A stretch of 57,098 bases of DNA, from the NCBI GenBank assembly GCA_048885865.1, contig JBHLLF010000007.1, positions 1-57,098 on the forward strand, read 5' to 3'. The notes beneath the pieces were generated by a model. That model worked only from the letters and a program-made list of their open reading frames with translations, was not told where the DNA came from and searched no databases. Origin of the DNA: Candidatus Hermodarchaeota archaeon (lineage in GTDB: Archaea > Asgardarchaeota > Thorarchaeia > Thorarchaeales > Thorarchaeaceae). The position numbers were made by a program, and so were the translations under genes. The first letter of the stretch is position 1; each line of letters starts with the position of its first letter. Below are positions 37,201 to 45,114 of the stretch, piece after piece.

Positions 37201-39608
37201 CCATCTCCGTCCGAGTCTGGGTTCAAGGGGTCGGTTATTATCGGAGGAGCTGCTGGGAGAGCGTTGGGGTCCGGGATGCCAATCTCGATGCCATCGTTTA
37301 TGCCATCCATATCAGTATCAGGATTTGTCGGGTTGGTTTCGCCACTTGTCCGGGTTCCATCAAGATTCAAATCCTCGTCGCCATCTCGAATGCCGTCGGC
37401 GTCGGAATCAGCATTGAGTGGGTCAGAGGGGATGCCATCATAGTTGCTCAAAAGCTCAATGTAATCGAAGATGCCATCGAGGTCCGTGTCCCCGCTGTTA
37501 GGATTGGGATCGAGTGTGTCGGAGTCGCCGTCCCTGTCTGTGTCAATATCAAAGGGATTGGTTCCAATATCATACTGCTCAAACCCATCTGTGAACCAAC
37601 CAGTAGACTGCGCCAGAAAGCCGTCTGCGGCTCTGTATCCGTCGCCATCGGTATCGATGTCCATGGGGTCAGAAATGCCTCTGGGAACATTGAGAACAGA
37701 TGAAATAGTTCCAGTACCGTTGTTGTATGAAACAAAAGCCGTGTCCGACCAGTACTCCAACTTCATCAACAAGACCTTGTCGACGAAAATGTCTCCCAAC
37801 ACCCCCAGCGCACGAATGTCGATATCAATCGTATCATCTGCTGGGAGATTGAATTGGAGAGCAAAGAGCCACTCGTAAAGATGGACGTTTCTGACGACCA
37901 CATTGTAAACCACCTGCCTTACTAAGGCAAACTGCACTGGTGGCACTGTAATCGGATCGCCTCCCAGAGTGATATCGACCTCCATAGTATTGCTAGAGTT
38001 GAGAGAAGCACTCACAGCCCGCACAAACACAACATATGTTCCATTGGGAAAGATGTAGCTTGTGTCTGAGATGAAGGCCACTCTCCCATCTGGCAGTGGA
38101 GTGACGTGTTTGCTGTTGCTAGCGGTGGTATTATCAACAATCTGCGTGGGGCTCCAAGCAAAGTCCTCTGCCTCATACCAATAGGAGTTGAGAACCGACT
38201 CCTGTCCCTCGATAATCAGGTCTCCATCGGTGTCTTGATCAAGGGGGTCGGTGACCTCAGAGTTTATGCTCTCCATTCGGACGAGTCCCACCTTGTCAAT
38301 CACAACCCATGAAAACAATGTGCTCGTGATTATCTGGACCATGCCTTGGCTCACAGTGAAGAACGGAGTGGAGTACCAGCGATAGATGGGTGTAAGGTAA
38401 TGAAAGTCGCTATTTACGATCATCGTGCTATTTTTCTCTATAGAGAGAAGAATCGACCTATTCTCGGTTTCAAGAAACTCTCCTCTCGCCCGCACGAAGA
38501 ACTTGTAATCACCATCAGTGACCGGAACTGAATAATTGAACAATATGCCAGAACCTGTGGAGAATAGTGCCAGTCCATTCCTGGCATCATTGTCACCTCC
38601 GACTACTCCCCGTTCTGGGTCGAGTTCCTCAGCCTCATACCAGTAAGACCAAGTCGTAGCCTCACTCCCATCAAAAATGCCGTCGTCGTCCGCATCGCTG
38701 TCCATAGGAGCCGGATCCCATCCGTCGATGACATTGTCAGCGTCAGAGTCATTGTTCAGAGGATCACTCCCGAGCAGAATCTCGTCGCCATCAAGCAATA
38801 GATCGTCGTCAGAGTCCGGGTCCAATGCATTGATCAATGAGTCTCCATCAGTGTCTACATTCCAGTCAGGCTCGGCACCATCATTTACACCATCGTCTTC
38901 AGAGTCTACATCTAGGGGATTTGTCCCGTACAGGATTTCCTCGTTGTCCAAGAGAAGGTCATGATCGGTATCATTGATTTTTGGATTCGTACCGTACACT
39001 CTGATTTCATCTGCATCCTCAAGTGTGTCCATATCGGTATCCTTTGACAGAGGGTTCGTATCGAAATCAAAGACCTCCTCTTTATCGTCAAGCGAGTCAT
39101 CGTCCGTGTCTGGAAGTGTGGGGTCTGAGCCGACAGTATTCACTTCTGTTCCATCTGAAAGCCCCTCTCCATCTGAGTCCGGATTCAATGGGTCTGTGCT
39201 ATATTGAAGGACCTCTTCCGCATCACTGAGCCCATCGTCGTCAGAATCCCGATTGTTGGGGTTTGTACCGATGAGGAGTTCATGACTATCACTCAGTACA
39301 TCGCCGTCAGTATCAACAAGCGTGGGATTGGTACCATACAGATATTCCTCCAAATTCGTTAGCCCATCTCCATCCTTGTCTAACTGGGCGTCATTGGGGT
39401 TGTTCATGTCAAGCCCATACAGCATCTCCCAACTGTCGGGCATTCCGTCATTATCTCCTCCAGCAGGACCGGGGCCTCTTGGCAGAAAATAAAGCACACC
39501 GAGAGAAGAGCCCACCACAATGAAGATGAGAATGATGGCCAATGCTCCCCTTCTCTTATCTTTGAAAAACTCTCTGATCACGCGCGACACCTTTGCAGCT
39601 CCTCCCAT
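34278..39608 (-). CDS. Giant membrane-tethered protein: TSP3-like Ca-binding repeats, 2 CBM-like domains, 2 PKD, CARDB, C2-like domain, C-terminal Vps62-like domain
   Basis: N-terminal TM; many DTDGDGL-x-D-x2-E-x3-GTNP repeats; YWYEAE x2; PKD motifs WDF/WNF...YxVTLTVxD; PDL...VD-x4-IEESDESNN; QYWFFY...HEGDWE...HPVVFV-x2-GSHA...GLWG...GPPGP. Confidence 0.85.
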   Translation of the reverse strand: MGGAAKVSRVIREFFKDKRRGALAIILIFIVVGSSLGVLYFLPRGPGPAGGDNDGMPDSWEMLYGLDMNNPNDAQLDKDGDGLTNLEEYLYGTNPTLVDTDGDVLSDSHELLIGTNPNNRDSDDDGLSDAEEVLQYSTDPLNPDSDGEGLSDGTEVNTVGSDPTLPDTDDDSLDDKEEVFDFDTNPLSKDTDMDTLEDADEIRVYGTNPKINDTDHDLLLDNEEILYGTNPLDVDSEDDGVNDGAEPDWNVDTDGDSLINALDPDSDDDLLLDGDEILLGSDPLNNDSDADNVIDGWDPAPMDSDADDDGIFDGSEATTWSYWYEAEELDPERGVVGGDNDARNGLALFSTGSGILFNYSVPVTDGDYKFFVRARGEFLETENRSILLSIEKNSTMIVNSDFHYLTPIYRWYSTPFFTVSQGMVQIITSTLFSWVVIDKVGLVRMESINSEVTDPLDQDTDGDLIIEGQESVLNSYWYEAEDFAWSPTQIVDNTTASNSKHVTPLPDGRVAFISDTSYIFPNGTYVVFVRAVSASLNSSNTMEVDITLGGDPITVPPVQFALVRQVVYNVVVRNVHLYEWLFALQFNLPADDTIDIDIRALGVLGDIFVDKVLLMKLEYWSDTAFVSYNNGTGTISSVLNVPRGISDPMDIDTDGDGYRAADGFLAQSTGWFTDGFEQYDIGTNPFDIDTDRDGDSDTLDPNPNSGDTDLDGIFDYIELLSNYDGIPSDPLNADSDADGIRDGDEDLNLDGTRTSGETNPTNPDTDMDGINDGIEIGIPDPNALPAAPPIITDPLNPDSDGDGILDGTEDSNGNGQHEPLLSETRADRADTDFDYLNDNEEPVYSTDPNNADSDADSLRDGFEVHIFGTNPLLNDTDGEGLLDGSEVYVFKTDPNDPDSDDDLLDDWEEVMVYRTNPLSNDTDGEGLDDYEETQTYGTDPNHPDTDRDGATDYEEVIAGTNPLNAPPLADFGLDRTVYRGVDVQLDARSSYDTDGTVEAYHWDFVGDLLLTLLHAWSPSVRFMQLGEYDVTLTVTDDDDETGSSTVTFTVINQPPTADAGLDQSVFTGFSVDFQSGAGSTDPDGTIVSYEWNFMDGTTGTGQSTTHVFGAAGTYYVTLTVIDNDGGRDTDTVVITAENPRPPDLFVSTDDIEFVTDGTDVIMSLTVQNDGDLDASSVSFEVSDEATGWTTSMSRDTGIEAGSSIDFNVTLAPEPLGFHNLRIEVDQNHAIEESDESNNVVYIVVPDADEDSLSDVGEVILGTNPNNSDSDGDTFKDGPHRAWSSKAWPVERDSLVDTDGDGLINALDTDSDNDGYSDEVDIDPLHDLLVKVSIDYLEIEDPIDFEIVTRSRTVRVPYLSCSWSGCRIRYRSFTIYYPWVEENRRAEPYFRVKVSDQWGSENWMHSEVPVAEDVQSYSSSNSPLFVANVPDDTDIVEVTVEAWDVDLTFNDQLDISFTGEDFSYSALFDLRAATQYQPGGYVVGIADSGSRDGTASSDDDDARISYSLSLDYELSYQEQMKLAEKFLPQLYFDVTEIWRPREISALLDHADLMDDTGTPVDFTPTPDELEAYAGMDYYLDLENTYHTQDSPEHDLTIYSHVFTSYKEYIIVQYWFFYIYDLWNNWHEGDWEMIQLILPPKGNSAVENLVPEVAGYSWHNHIERSGWVFDLLSTLTNHPVVFVEKGSHASGFIPLGGTYLPEDMSQYSLELITNEGWLRYDGLWGAQGPTGFAGPPGPVFRSGWILSPPHFPGTYGLYTAYMWTDPIFWHNYTTGATL

Positions 39609-39794
39609 GATTTCTTATCTTTAGGATTCAAGGCAAGTCTAGCTTAAAGGCAAATGTCTATGTAGTCAATTCACAATAGTTTACTTATTGGGTTCCATTC
39701 CTGATAAGTCTTTACAATTCAAGATTCGAAGCCCTCAGTGCACGTGTAAGCAGCAGATTTGTGTACATGCAGCTACAGAATTTCTTAATCAACT

Positions 39795-40265
39795 TTGGAG
39801 CTTACTAAATATGTGATGATTCAAAGGAGATTTCCCACATTCCCAATCCCTACAGTAGGCGCGCTTATTGTGGGAGTCAAGGGAGTTCTGCTCATAAAAC
39901 GTGACAAGCCCCCCTTTGAGGGACTTTGGAACATTCCGACAGGCGTAATTAATGTGGGCGAAACTCAGGAAGAGGCAGTCTTACGTGAAGTGAGAGAAGA
40001 AACCGGGATTACAGGAGAAGTGCTCAAATTTGTTGACACTGGCGACGTGATAATCACGGACGGTGATGAACAAGTACAGTACCATTTTGTAGTCAATGTA
40101 TACCTCTTTCATGCTGTGTCACAGGAATTGGACATGGATGCCGCTACTGAAATAGCGTGGTTTAGTCCAAATTCACTTCCTTCTGAAGACATGGTGGATA
40201 GTGTGTACGAGGCGCTGCGAACGATGGAGAAACAGCTGCTGAAGATAATGCAACAAGACAGCTAG
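39795..40265 (+). CDS. NUDIX hydrolase (ADP-ribose pyrophosphatase-like)
   Basis: Nudix box GVINVGETQEEAVLREVREETG; true start may be 39813/39816. Confidence 0.9.
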   Translation: MELTKYVMIQRRFPTFPIPTVGALIVGVKGVLLIKRDKPPFEGLWNIPTGVINVGETQEEAVLREVREETGITGEVLKFVDTGDVIITDGDEQVQYHFVVNVYLFHAVSQELDMDAATEIAWFSPNSLPSEDMVDSVYEALRTMEKQLLKIMQQDS

Positions 40266-40580
40266 TCCATGTTGACTCCACGTTCAATCTCATACATTGT
40301 CCAGATTGATGAGTCCTAGGCGATGGCGAAAATCATTCAGTGAATTGCTTTTTTGGGGCTTATACACTAGGCATGTTAGTCTGCTTAGATCTGACAAGCA
40401 AGAAAGCCTCTACATATCGATACGACTCAGACAGCAGAAATCAGCACCAATCAGTTCCGAAATGTCCGCGAGAAGGCGTATGAACGCATCTATTGCTAAC
40501 CAAATGGGTGGCGGCATTTAATATTCAACTATTGATTATGATAAATATACAATTCATAGATAATTGAGAGTTGACATGAA

Positions 40581-41537
40581 ATGACAATACCCGACGTAGA
40601 TAATGAAACTCAAAAGGATGCAGAAACGCGAGATATGAAAACCAAGAGCGATAATATTGCGACTGACCTCGCACTCTATTCCATCATCGCTTACAGCTAT
40701 ACATGGCTAAGCGGGCTTTTGGTCGTTCTTGCTGGCTATCCATTTGATGTCATATTGATAGTATCAATTCCTGGTCCCCTTCTAGGAGCTGTCCTAGTCT
40801 CTCTGAAAGGGAGTGGCGTTAAAGGAGTCCGGGAATTATTCCAAGGAGCCTTCCGATGGAGGTTTCATCCTATATGGTATCTTCTAGCTATGCTAGTACC
40901 ACTTTCTGTGTTTGCCATACGTTCATGGCTAGGAATCTTTGCTTTGGGAGCTGAAGTTCCGTCGAACTGGTTCGATTCAACTTTCTTTACTGCTTCCATC
41001 GCAGGGCTGACTTCTCTTATATGGAATGGAATCGGTGAAGAAATGGGCTGGCGTGCCTTCGCTCTTCCGCGACTTCAGGAGCGTCTTGGCTCCCTTGGAG
41101 GAACCATTGTTCTTGGAGTTATCTGGGCGTTCTGGCACACTCCGGCGTTCTTCATTCCAGGGTCGTACCAGTATGGTGAATCTATGTTCGAATACGTTTT
41201 GTGGGCTGTGTCCCTTAGTATGATCATAACCGCACTCTGGAACAGGGCCAAGGGAAGTGTGCTTGTGGCAATCATTATGCATGAAACCCAGAATACAATC
41301 GCGTACACTATGACTGCCCCTAGTGGAACAGGAATCTATACCATAGCCATTTGGCTGTTATTTGCACTGGTGTTCATAGCGTTGCTGCCGAAACCACTCG
41401 TCAAATTAGCAAGTCCAACTGAAATGCGGCTAGAAATCTGTCCGTCCTGTGGGGCTCGACTGAGATACACTGATGAGGAGCTTCAAACAGGCAGGATTAC
41501 TTGCAGGAACTGTGAGAAACCAATCGATGTGTCGTGA
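40581..41537 (+). CDS. CPBP (Rce1/Abi-like CAAX) intramembrane protease with C-terminal zinc ribbon
   Basis: GEEMGWR-x-FALPRL, WAFWH-x-P, AII-x-H-x3-N; tail CPSC...CRNC. Confidence 0.88.
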   Translation: MTIPDVDNETQKDAETRDMKTKSDNIATDLALYSIIAYSYTWLSGLLVVLAGYPFDVILIVSIPGPLLGAVLVSLKGSGVKGVRELFQGAFRWRFHPIWYLLAMLVPLSVFAIRSWLGIFALGAEVPSNWFDSTFFTASIAGLTSLIWNGIGEEMGWRAFALPRLQERLGSLGGTIVLGVIWAFWHTPAFFIPGSYQYGESMFEYVLWAVSLSMIITALWNRAKGSVLVAIIMHETQNTIAYTMTAPSGTGIYTIAIWLLFALVFIALLPKPLVKLASPTEMRLEICPSCGARLRYTDEELQTGRITCRNCEKPIDVS

Positions 41538-41567
41538 GATGGGGATCCCTTGGGATCCCTTGCCTTC

Positions 41568-42146
41568 TCAGTCGTTGAACTTCTCTTTGGTATTCTCCCA
41601 CCAGTCAAGCCAACGGGACATGAGTCCACTTCTCCCCTGTTCTGTCACACCAGAAACAAAACTGAATCCGGGATTCCCAAGAGCCTGCCTGATGAGGACA
41701 ATCTGCCCTGTGTGCCCCATGAAGTGAAGCGAAACACGAATGATTGTTTCAAGGAGATTTTCACCTGATTCGCCCGGGAAATCTTTGTACAGAACCCCTT
41801 CATCTTTCTCAGATAGGAATATGAAAAACAACTCAGATATTCTAAGGTAACTGTCCATCAGGTCGCTGAAGGAGATGGGCGGCCCTCCATCAAGAATCTC
41901 AGATTTCGTGGTGCCGTATCGATAATAGTGGCACACCTCTTCTGAGAAGTACTGAACATTTCCCGTCATGAGACTGAGGACCCAGTCAAGATGCACCGCA
42001 CAGTGGCCGAATATCCACCCAATGTGATTGAGCTCTGGCTGCACCTGTCTATAGATATCTTCTGCATGAAGACCCTTCATAGACATCAGAAGGTTGCACT
42101 CGCTAGTTGCTAGGAGATTGATAGCTGTGCTTCTGACGTTCTTCAT
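41568..42146 (-). CDS. DinB-family protein
   Basis: NHIGWIFGH...HFMGHTGQI; start MKNVRS after SD GGAGAGAGG. Confidence 0.85.
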   Translation of the reverse strand: MKNVRSTAINLLATSECNLLMSMKGLHAEDIYRQVQPELNHIGWIFGHCAVHLDWVLSLMTGNVQYFSEEVCHYYRYGTTKSEILDGGPPISFSDLMDSYLRISELFFIFLSEKDEGVLYKDFPGESGENLLETIIRVSLHFMGHTGQIVLIRQALGNPGFSFVSGVTEQGRSGLMSRWLDWWENTKEKFND

Positions 42147-42205
42147 TTTCCTCTCTCCACTCTGGCCATGACAATCACTATAATATAAGAGGGACATATT
42201 GAGCA

Positions 42206-43264
42206 ATGGTTACTATTGTGACCAGCATTCAGGTAGACCAGTTTGATTCTCAAGTAGTACGAGAAGGAATCCTTCAGCAGAAGGATGGTGATGCAGTACG
42301 CTGTCTCACATGCACACATAGATGCTTGATTAAGGAGAAGAAGGTAGGTGTATGTGGAACAAGAGTAAACATTGACAGTTCTGTAAATACCCTGGTCTAC
42401 GGTAATGTGGCTTCCATCAGTAACAATCCAGTTGAGAAGAAGCCATTCTTTCACTTTGCACCAGGAACAATGGCTCTGACTGTTGGAAGCTGGGGCTGCA
42501 ATGCTTCCTGCCCCTTCTGTCAGAACTTCGACATTTCCAAATGCAAGCCAACTCCCGAAATCACACGATATGTAAGTCCTGAGGATTTCGTCTCCATGGC
42601 TGAGGAGAGAGGGAGCAGAGGAACATCCATATCTTTCAGTGAAGCAGCTACTCTGATGCTTGAATGGAATCTCGAAGTGTTTAGGCGGGCACGAGAGCAG
42701 GGGCTGTACAACACGATTGTAACTAATGGCTATATGACACTAGAAGCGCTCGATCTCATGATAGACGCTGGGCTTGACGCAGCGAATGTCGATGTAAAGG
42801 GGTGCGAACCTCAAGTAAGAGAGATATGTGGGTTAGCGCTCCAGCCAGTGCTTGACAATATCATTCATATGATTGAGAGAGGGGTTCATGTAGAACTCAC
42901 TACGCTTGTGGTTCCTGGACTGAGTGATGACATGGAATGCCTAGAGTCCCTTGCTCAGTGGATACTGGAGTCTGCTGGTTCTAAGGTGCCTTGGCATCTA
43001 AATAGATACTACCCTGCATACGAGTACGTTGAACCAGCAACCTCGCTCGAGTTATTGACACAGGCTAGAGATATGGCAAGGAAGAGAGGATTGGAGTTTG
43101 TGTATATTGGCAATGTTGGCGGGAGAGGGTTTGAAGACACACTGTGTCCTAGCTGTGGGACTCTGTGCTATGGGCGACAAATGCTGCTTTCGAGAAATAT
43201 CGCAACTGATGCTGACGGAAAATGCAGGGAATGCGGGTATGATTTGGGAATTCGATTCGTATAG
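42206..43264 (+). CDS. amrS: AmmeMemoRadiSam-system radical SAM enzyme
   Basis: N-terminal C-x2-C-x-H-x-C...G-x-CG-x-R, NPVEKKPFFHF-x-PG, GCNASCPFCQN, C-terminal CPSCG...CRECG. Confidence 0.88.
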   Translation: MVTIVTSIQVDQFDSQVVREGILQQKDGDAVRCLTCTHRCLIKEKKVGVCGTRVNIDSSVNTLVYGNVASISNNPVEKKPFFHFAPGTMALTVGSWGCNASCPFCQNFDISKCKPTPEITRYVSPEDFVSMAEERGSRGTSISFSEAATLMLEWNLEVFRRAREQGLYNTIVTNGYMTLEALDLMIDAGLDAANVDVKGCEPQVREICGLALQPVLDNIIHMIERGVHVELTTLVVPGLSDDMECLESLAQWILESAGSKVPWHLNRYYPAYEYVEPATSLELLTQARDMARKRGLEFVYIGNVGGRGFEDTLCPSCGTLCYGRQMLLSRNIATDADGKCRECGYDLGIRFV

Positions 43265-43394
43265 ATCTGCGTGGCTCATTTTGTGAAGCGTTTTGCTATA
43301 ACTGGATTATAATCAATTGCGGGGGTTTTTTATCAAACCATGATTATATGTTATAGATGGAAGTGTCAAGCTTCCGAATCGGAGCGATAGAGTA

Positions 43395-43811
43395 ATGGAT
43401 AAAGAGAGAGAGAAAGATCTCACTGCGATAAAGGACACACTAAATCAATATGCCATAGAATGCAACACTGGCAACTTCGAAGGTTGGCTTTCCTTATGGG
43501 CTGAGGAGGGAAAGCAAATGCCGCCAGATACTCCAGCCAGAATTGGGATAGATGCAATACGAGAAGGAATGAGGCCCGTCTTTGATGATATGAATCTAGA
43601 TATAGTCATCAAGAGTGTAGATGACGTTGAGGTTCATGGCGACTTGGGCCTGACTCGATGCAAATACTCACTGAAGTTGACTCCAAAGGCAGGTGGGGAA
43701 ACGCTTGATGTCATGCCAGACGGAAAAGCATTGACTCTGTTTGGAAAGCAGAAGGATGGGTCTTGGAGAATCGTATATGATTGTTTCAACTCCAATGTGC
43801 CTGCAGAATAA
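43395..43811 (+). CDS. NTF2/SnoaL-like (DUF4440) protein
   Basis: MPPD-x-P-x3-G-x-DAI, GK-x-L-x4-KQKDGSWRI-x2-DCFNS. Confidence 0.85.
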   Translation: MDKEREKDLTAIKDTLNQYAIECNTGNFEGWLSLWAEEGKQMPPDTPARIGIDAIREGMRPVFDDMNLDIVIKSVDDVEVHGDLGLTRCKYSLKLTPKAGGETLDVMPDGKALTLFGKQKDGSWRIVYDCFNSNVPAE

Positions 43812-43917
43812 ACAGAAGCTGAACCCGGGAAAAGAAACCGAGCAATGTAGCATTTGCCACTTCAAACATTCATGATATTCATGGGAAATGATCGATTAGT
43901 GCGGGCCATATAGAACG

Positions 43918-44448
43918 TCAGGTTTTGTCAGATGTAAGGACCTTCTCCATAAAGATACAATACGGTCGATACCACTCAGGGACTTCAAGGCCTGGATATT
44001 CACCCCTCTCCTTGAATCCCGCAGAATGGTAGACATTTAAAGCCGCCCGCATGAAGTCTCCGGTCTCAAGGCGAAGGATGGAGTAGCCAATCTCTTCTGC
44101 TCGATTCACCAATTTCTCCATCAACTTCTTCCCGTAGCCCCTTCCACGATACTCAGGACGGATATACATCCGTCCGACTTCGCCAATTCCCTCTCCTATC
44201 GTCTTTATGAGACCCATGCCGACCAGTTTCTCTTCATCTTCAAGTACTAGAACAAATCCCTTAGGCGGTTTAAGAGCCGCTAGGTCATCCACCAAGGACT
44301 CCACATATTCTTTCCCAGTCCATTCGCTCATGTCAACACCGTGATGTGTAAGAATCTGCTCATGATCCCACTTGACGAATTCGAGATTCATCTCAAAGAA
44401 CTGTGCTTTATGCAGGTCCGCATTGAACGGTACAATCTTTGCTGTCAT
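43918..44448 (-). CDS. GNAT N-acetyltransferase (tandem copy 2)
   Basis: RMYIRPEYRGRGYGK, LRLET, A-x3-Y-x-SAGF. Confidence 0.9.
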   Translation of the reverse strand: MTAKIVPFNADLHKAQFFEMNLEFVKWDHEQILTHHGVDMSEWTGKEYVESLVDDLAALKPPKGFVLVLEDEEKLVGMGLIKTIGEGIGEVGRMYIRPEYRGRGYGKKLMEKLVNRAEEIGYSILRLETGDFMRAALNVYHSAGFKERGEYPGLEVPEWYRPYCIFMEKVLTSDKT

Positions 44449-44515
44449 CAGGAACCCCTCTCACTCCAATACAGATTTTGGGTTACTCATTGGGAAGTCA
44501 AGAGCCTTTCGAAGT
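44449..44515 (-). pseudogene. Relic of the threonine-dehydratase 3' end plus spacer, carried by the GNAT duplication
   Basis: Reads LRKALDFPMSNPK versus the intact LRKAVDFAMSNPNL*; DNA is similar to 45096..45160. Confidence 0.7.
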
Positions 44516-44537
44516 CAATTCAGGTTCAGTGAAGACA

Positions 44538-45095
44538 TTAATCTATGGGAATGTGTTGCCAGTCATTATTCGATGTGAGAGTCTTTTCCATAAAGATGCA
44601 ATATGGTCGATACCATTCTGGTACTTCACCGCCCGGATATTCGCCTCTTTCTTTGAAACCAGCAGAACGGTAGATTTTCAGAGCAGCAGGCATGAAGTCT
44701 GCGGTCTCTAAGCGCAGAATGGAGTAGCCGACCTCTCTTGCTCTCTTCACCAGCATCTGCATTATCTCCTTCCCATAGCCCATTCCCCGATGCTCCGGAC
44801 GAATATACATTCGTTTGACCTCACCAACTCCCTTTCCTATCGTCTTTACAAGGCCCATCCCAACTGGTTTCTTCTCATCCTCAAGAATAATAACGAAACC
44901 CTTTGGGGGTTTGAGAAGCGCAAAGCTCTCAACCATAGATTTCACGTATTCATGTGCATCCCCTGTTCCTTCGCTCATATCAACTCCATGATGAATGAGT
45001 ATCTGTTCATGACTCCACTCGACGAATTCGAGATTCATCTCGAAGAACTGTGTCTTGTGAATGTCTGCGTTGAAAGGAACCACCTTTGCGACCAT
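44538..45095 (-). CDS. GNAT N-acetyltransferase (tandem copy 1)
   Basis: KRMYIRPEHRGMGYGK; highly similar to 43918..44448. Confidence 0.9.
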   Translation of the reverse strand: MVAKVVPFNADIHKTQFFEMNLEFVEWSHEQILIHHGVDMSEGTGDAHEYVKSMVESFALLKPPKGFVIILEDEKKPVGMGLVKTIGKGVGEVKRMYIRPEHRGMGYGKEIMQMLVKRAREVGYSILRLETADFMPAALKIYRSAGFKERGEYPGGEVPEWYRPYCIFMEKTLTSNNDWQHIPID

Positions 45096-45114
45096 CAGGA
45101 GCTCTCTCCATATG

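Noticed and set aside
36700-39460. Repetitive DNA in the giant gene considered as a CRISPR array or DGR template/variable repeat
   Set aside because: Repeats are degenerate, in-frame protein-level TSP3-like units; no constant repeat-spacer pattern, no adenine-specific mismatch pair noticed, and no reverse transcriptase in the window
40297-40521. 74-aa ORF in the NUDIX-CPBP spacer
   Set aside because: TTG start without SD and no recognisable motif; likely non-coding
41541-41562. GGGATCCCTT tandem repeat of a palindrome between convergent genes
   Set aside because: Only two short copies; at most a terminator element or slippage
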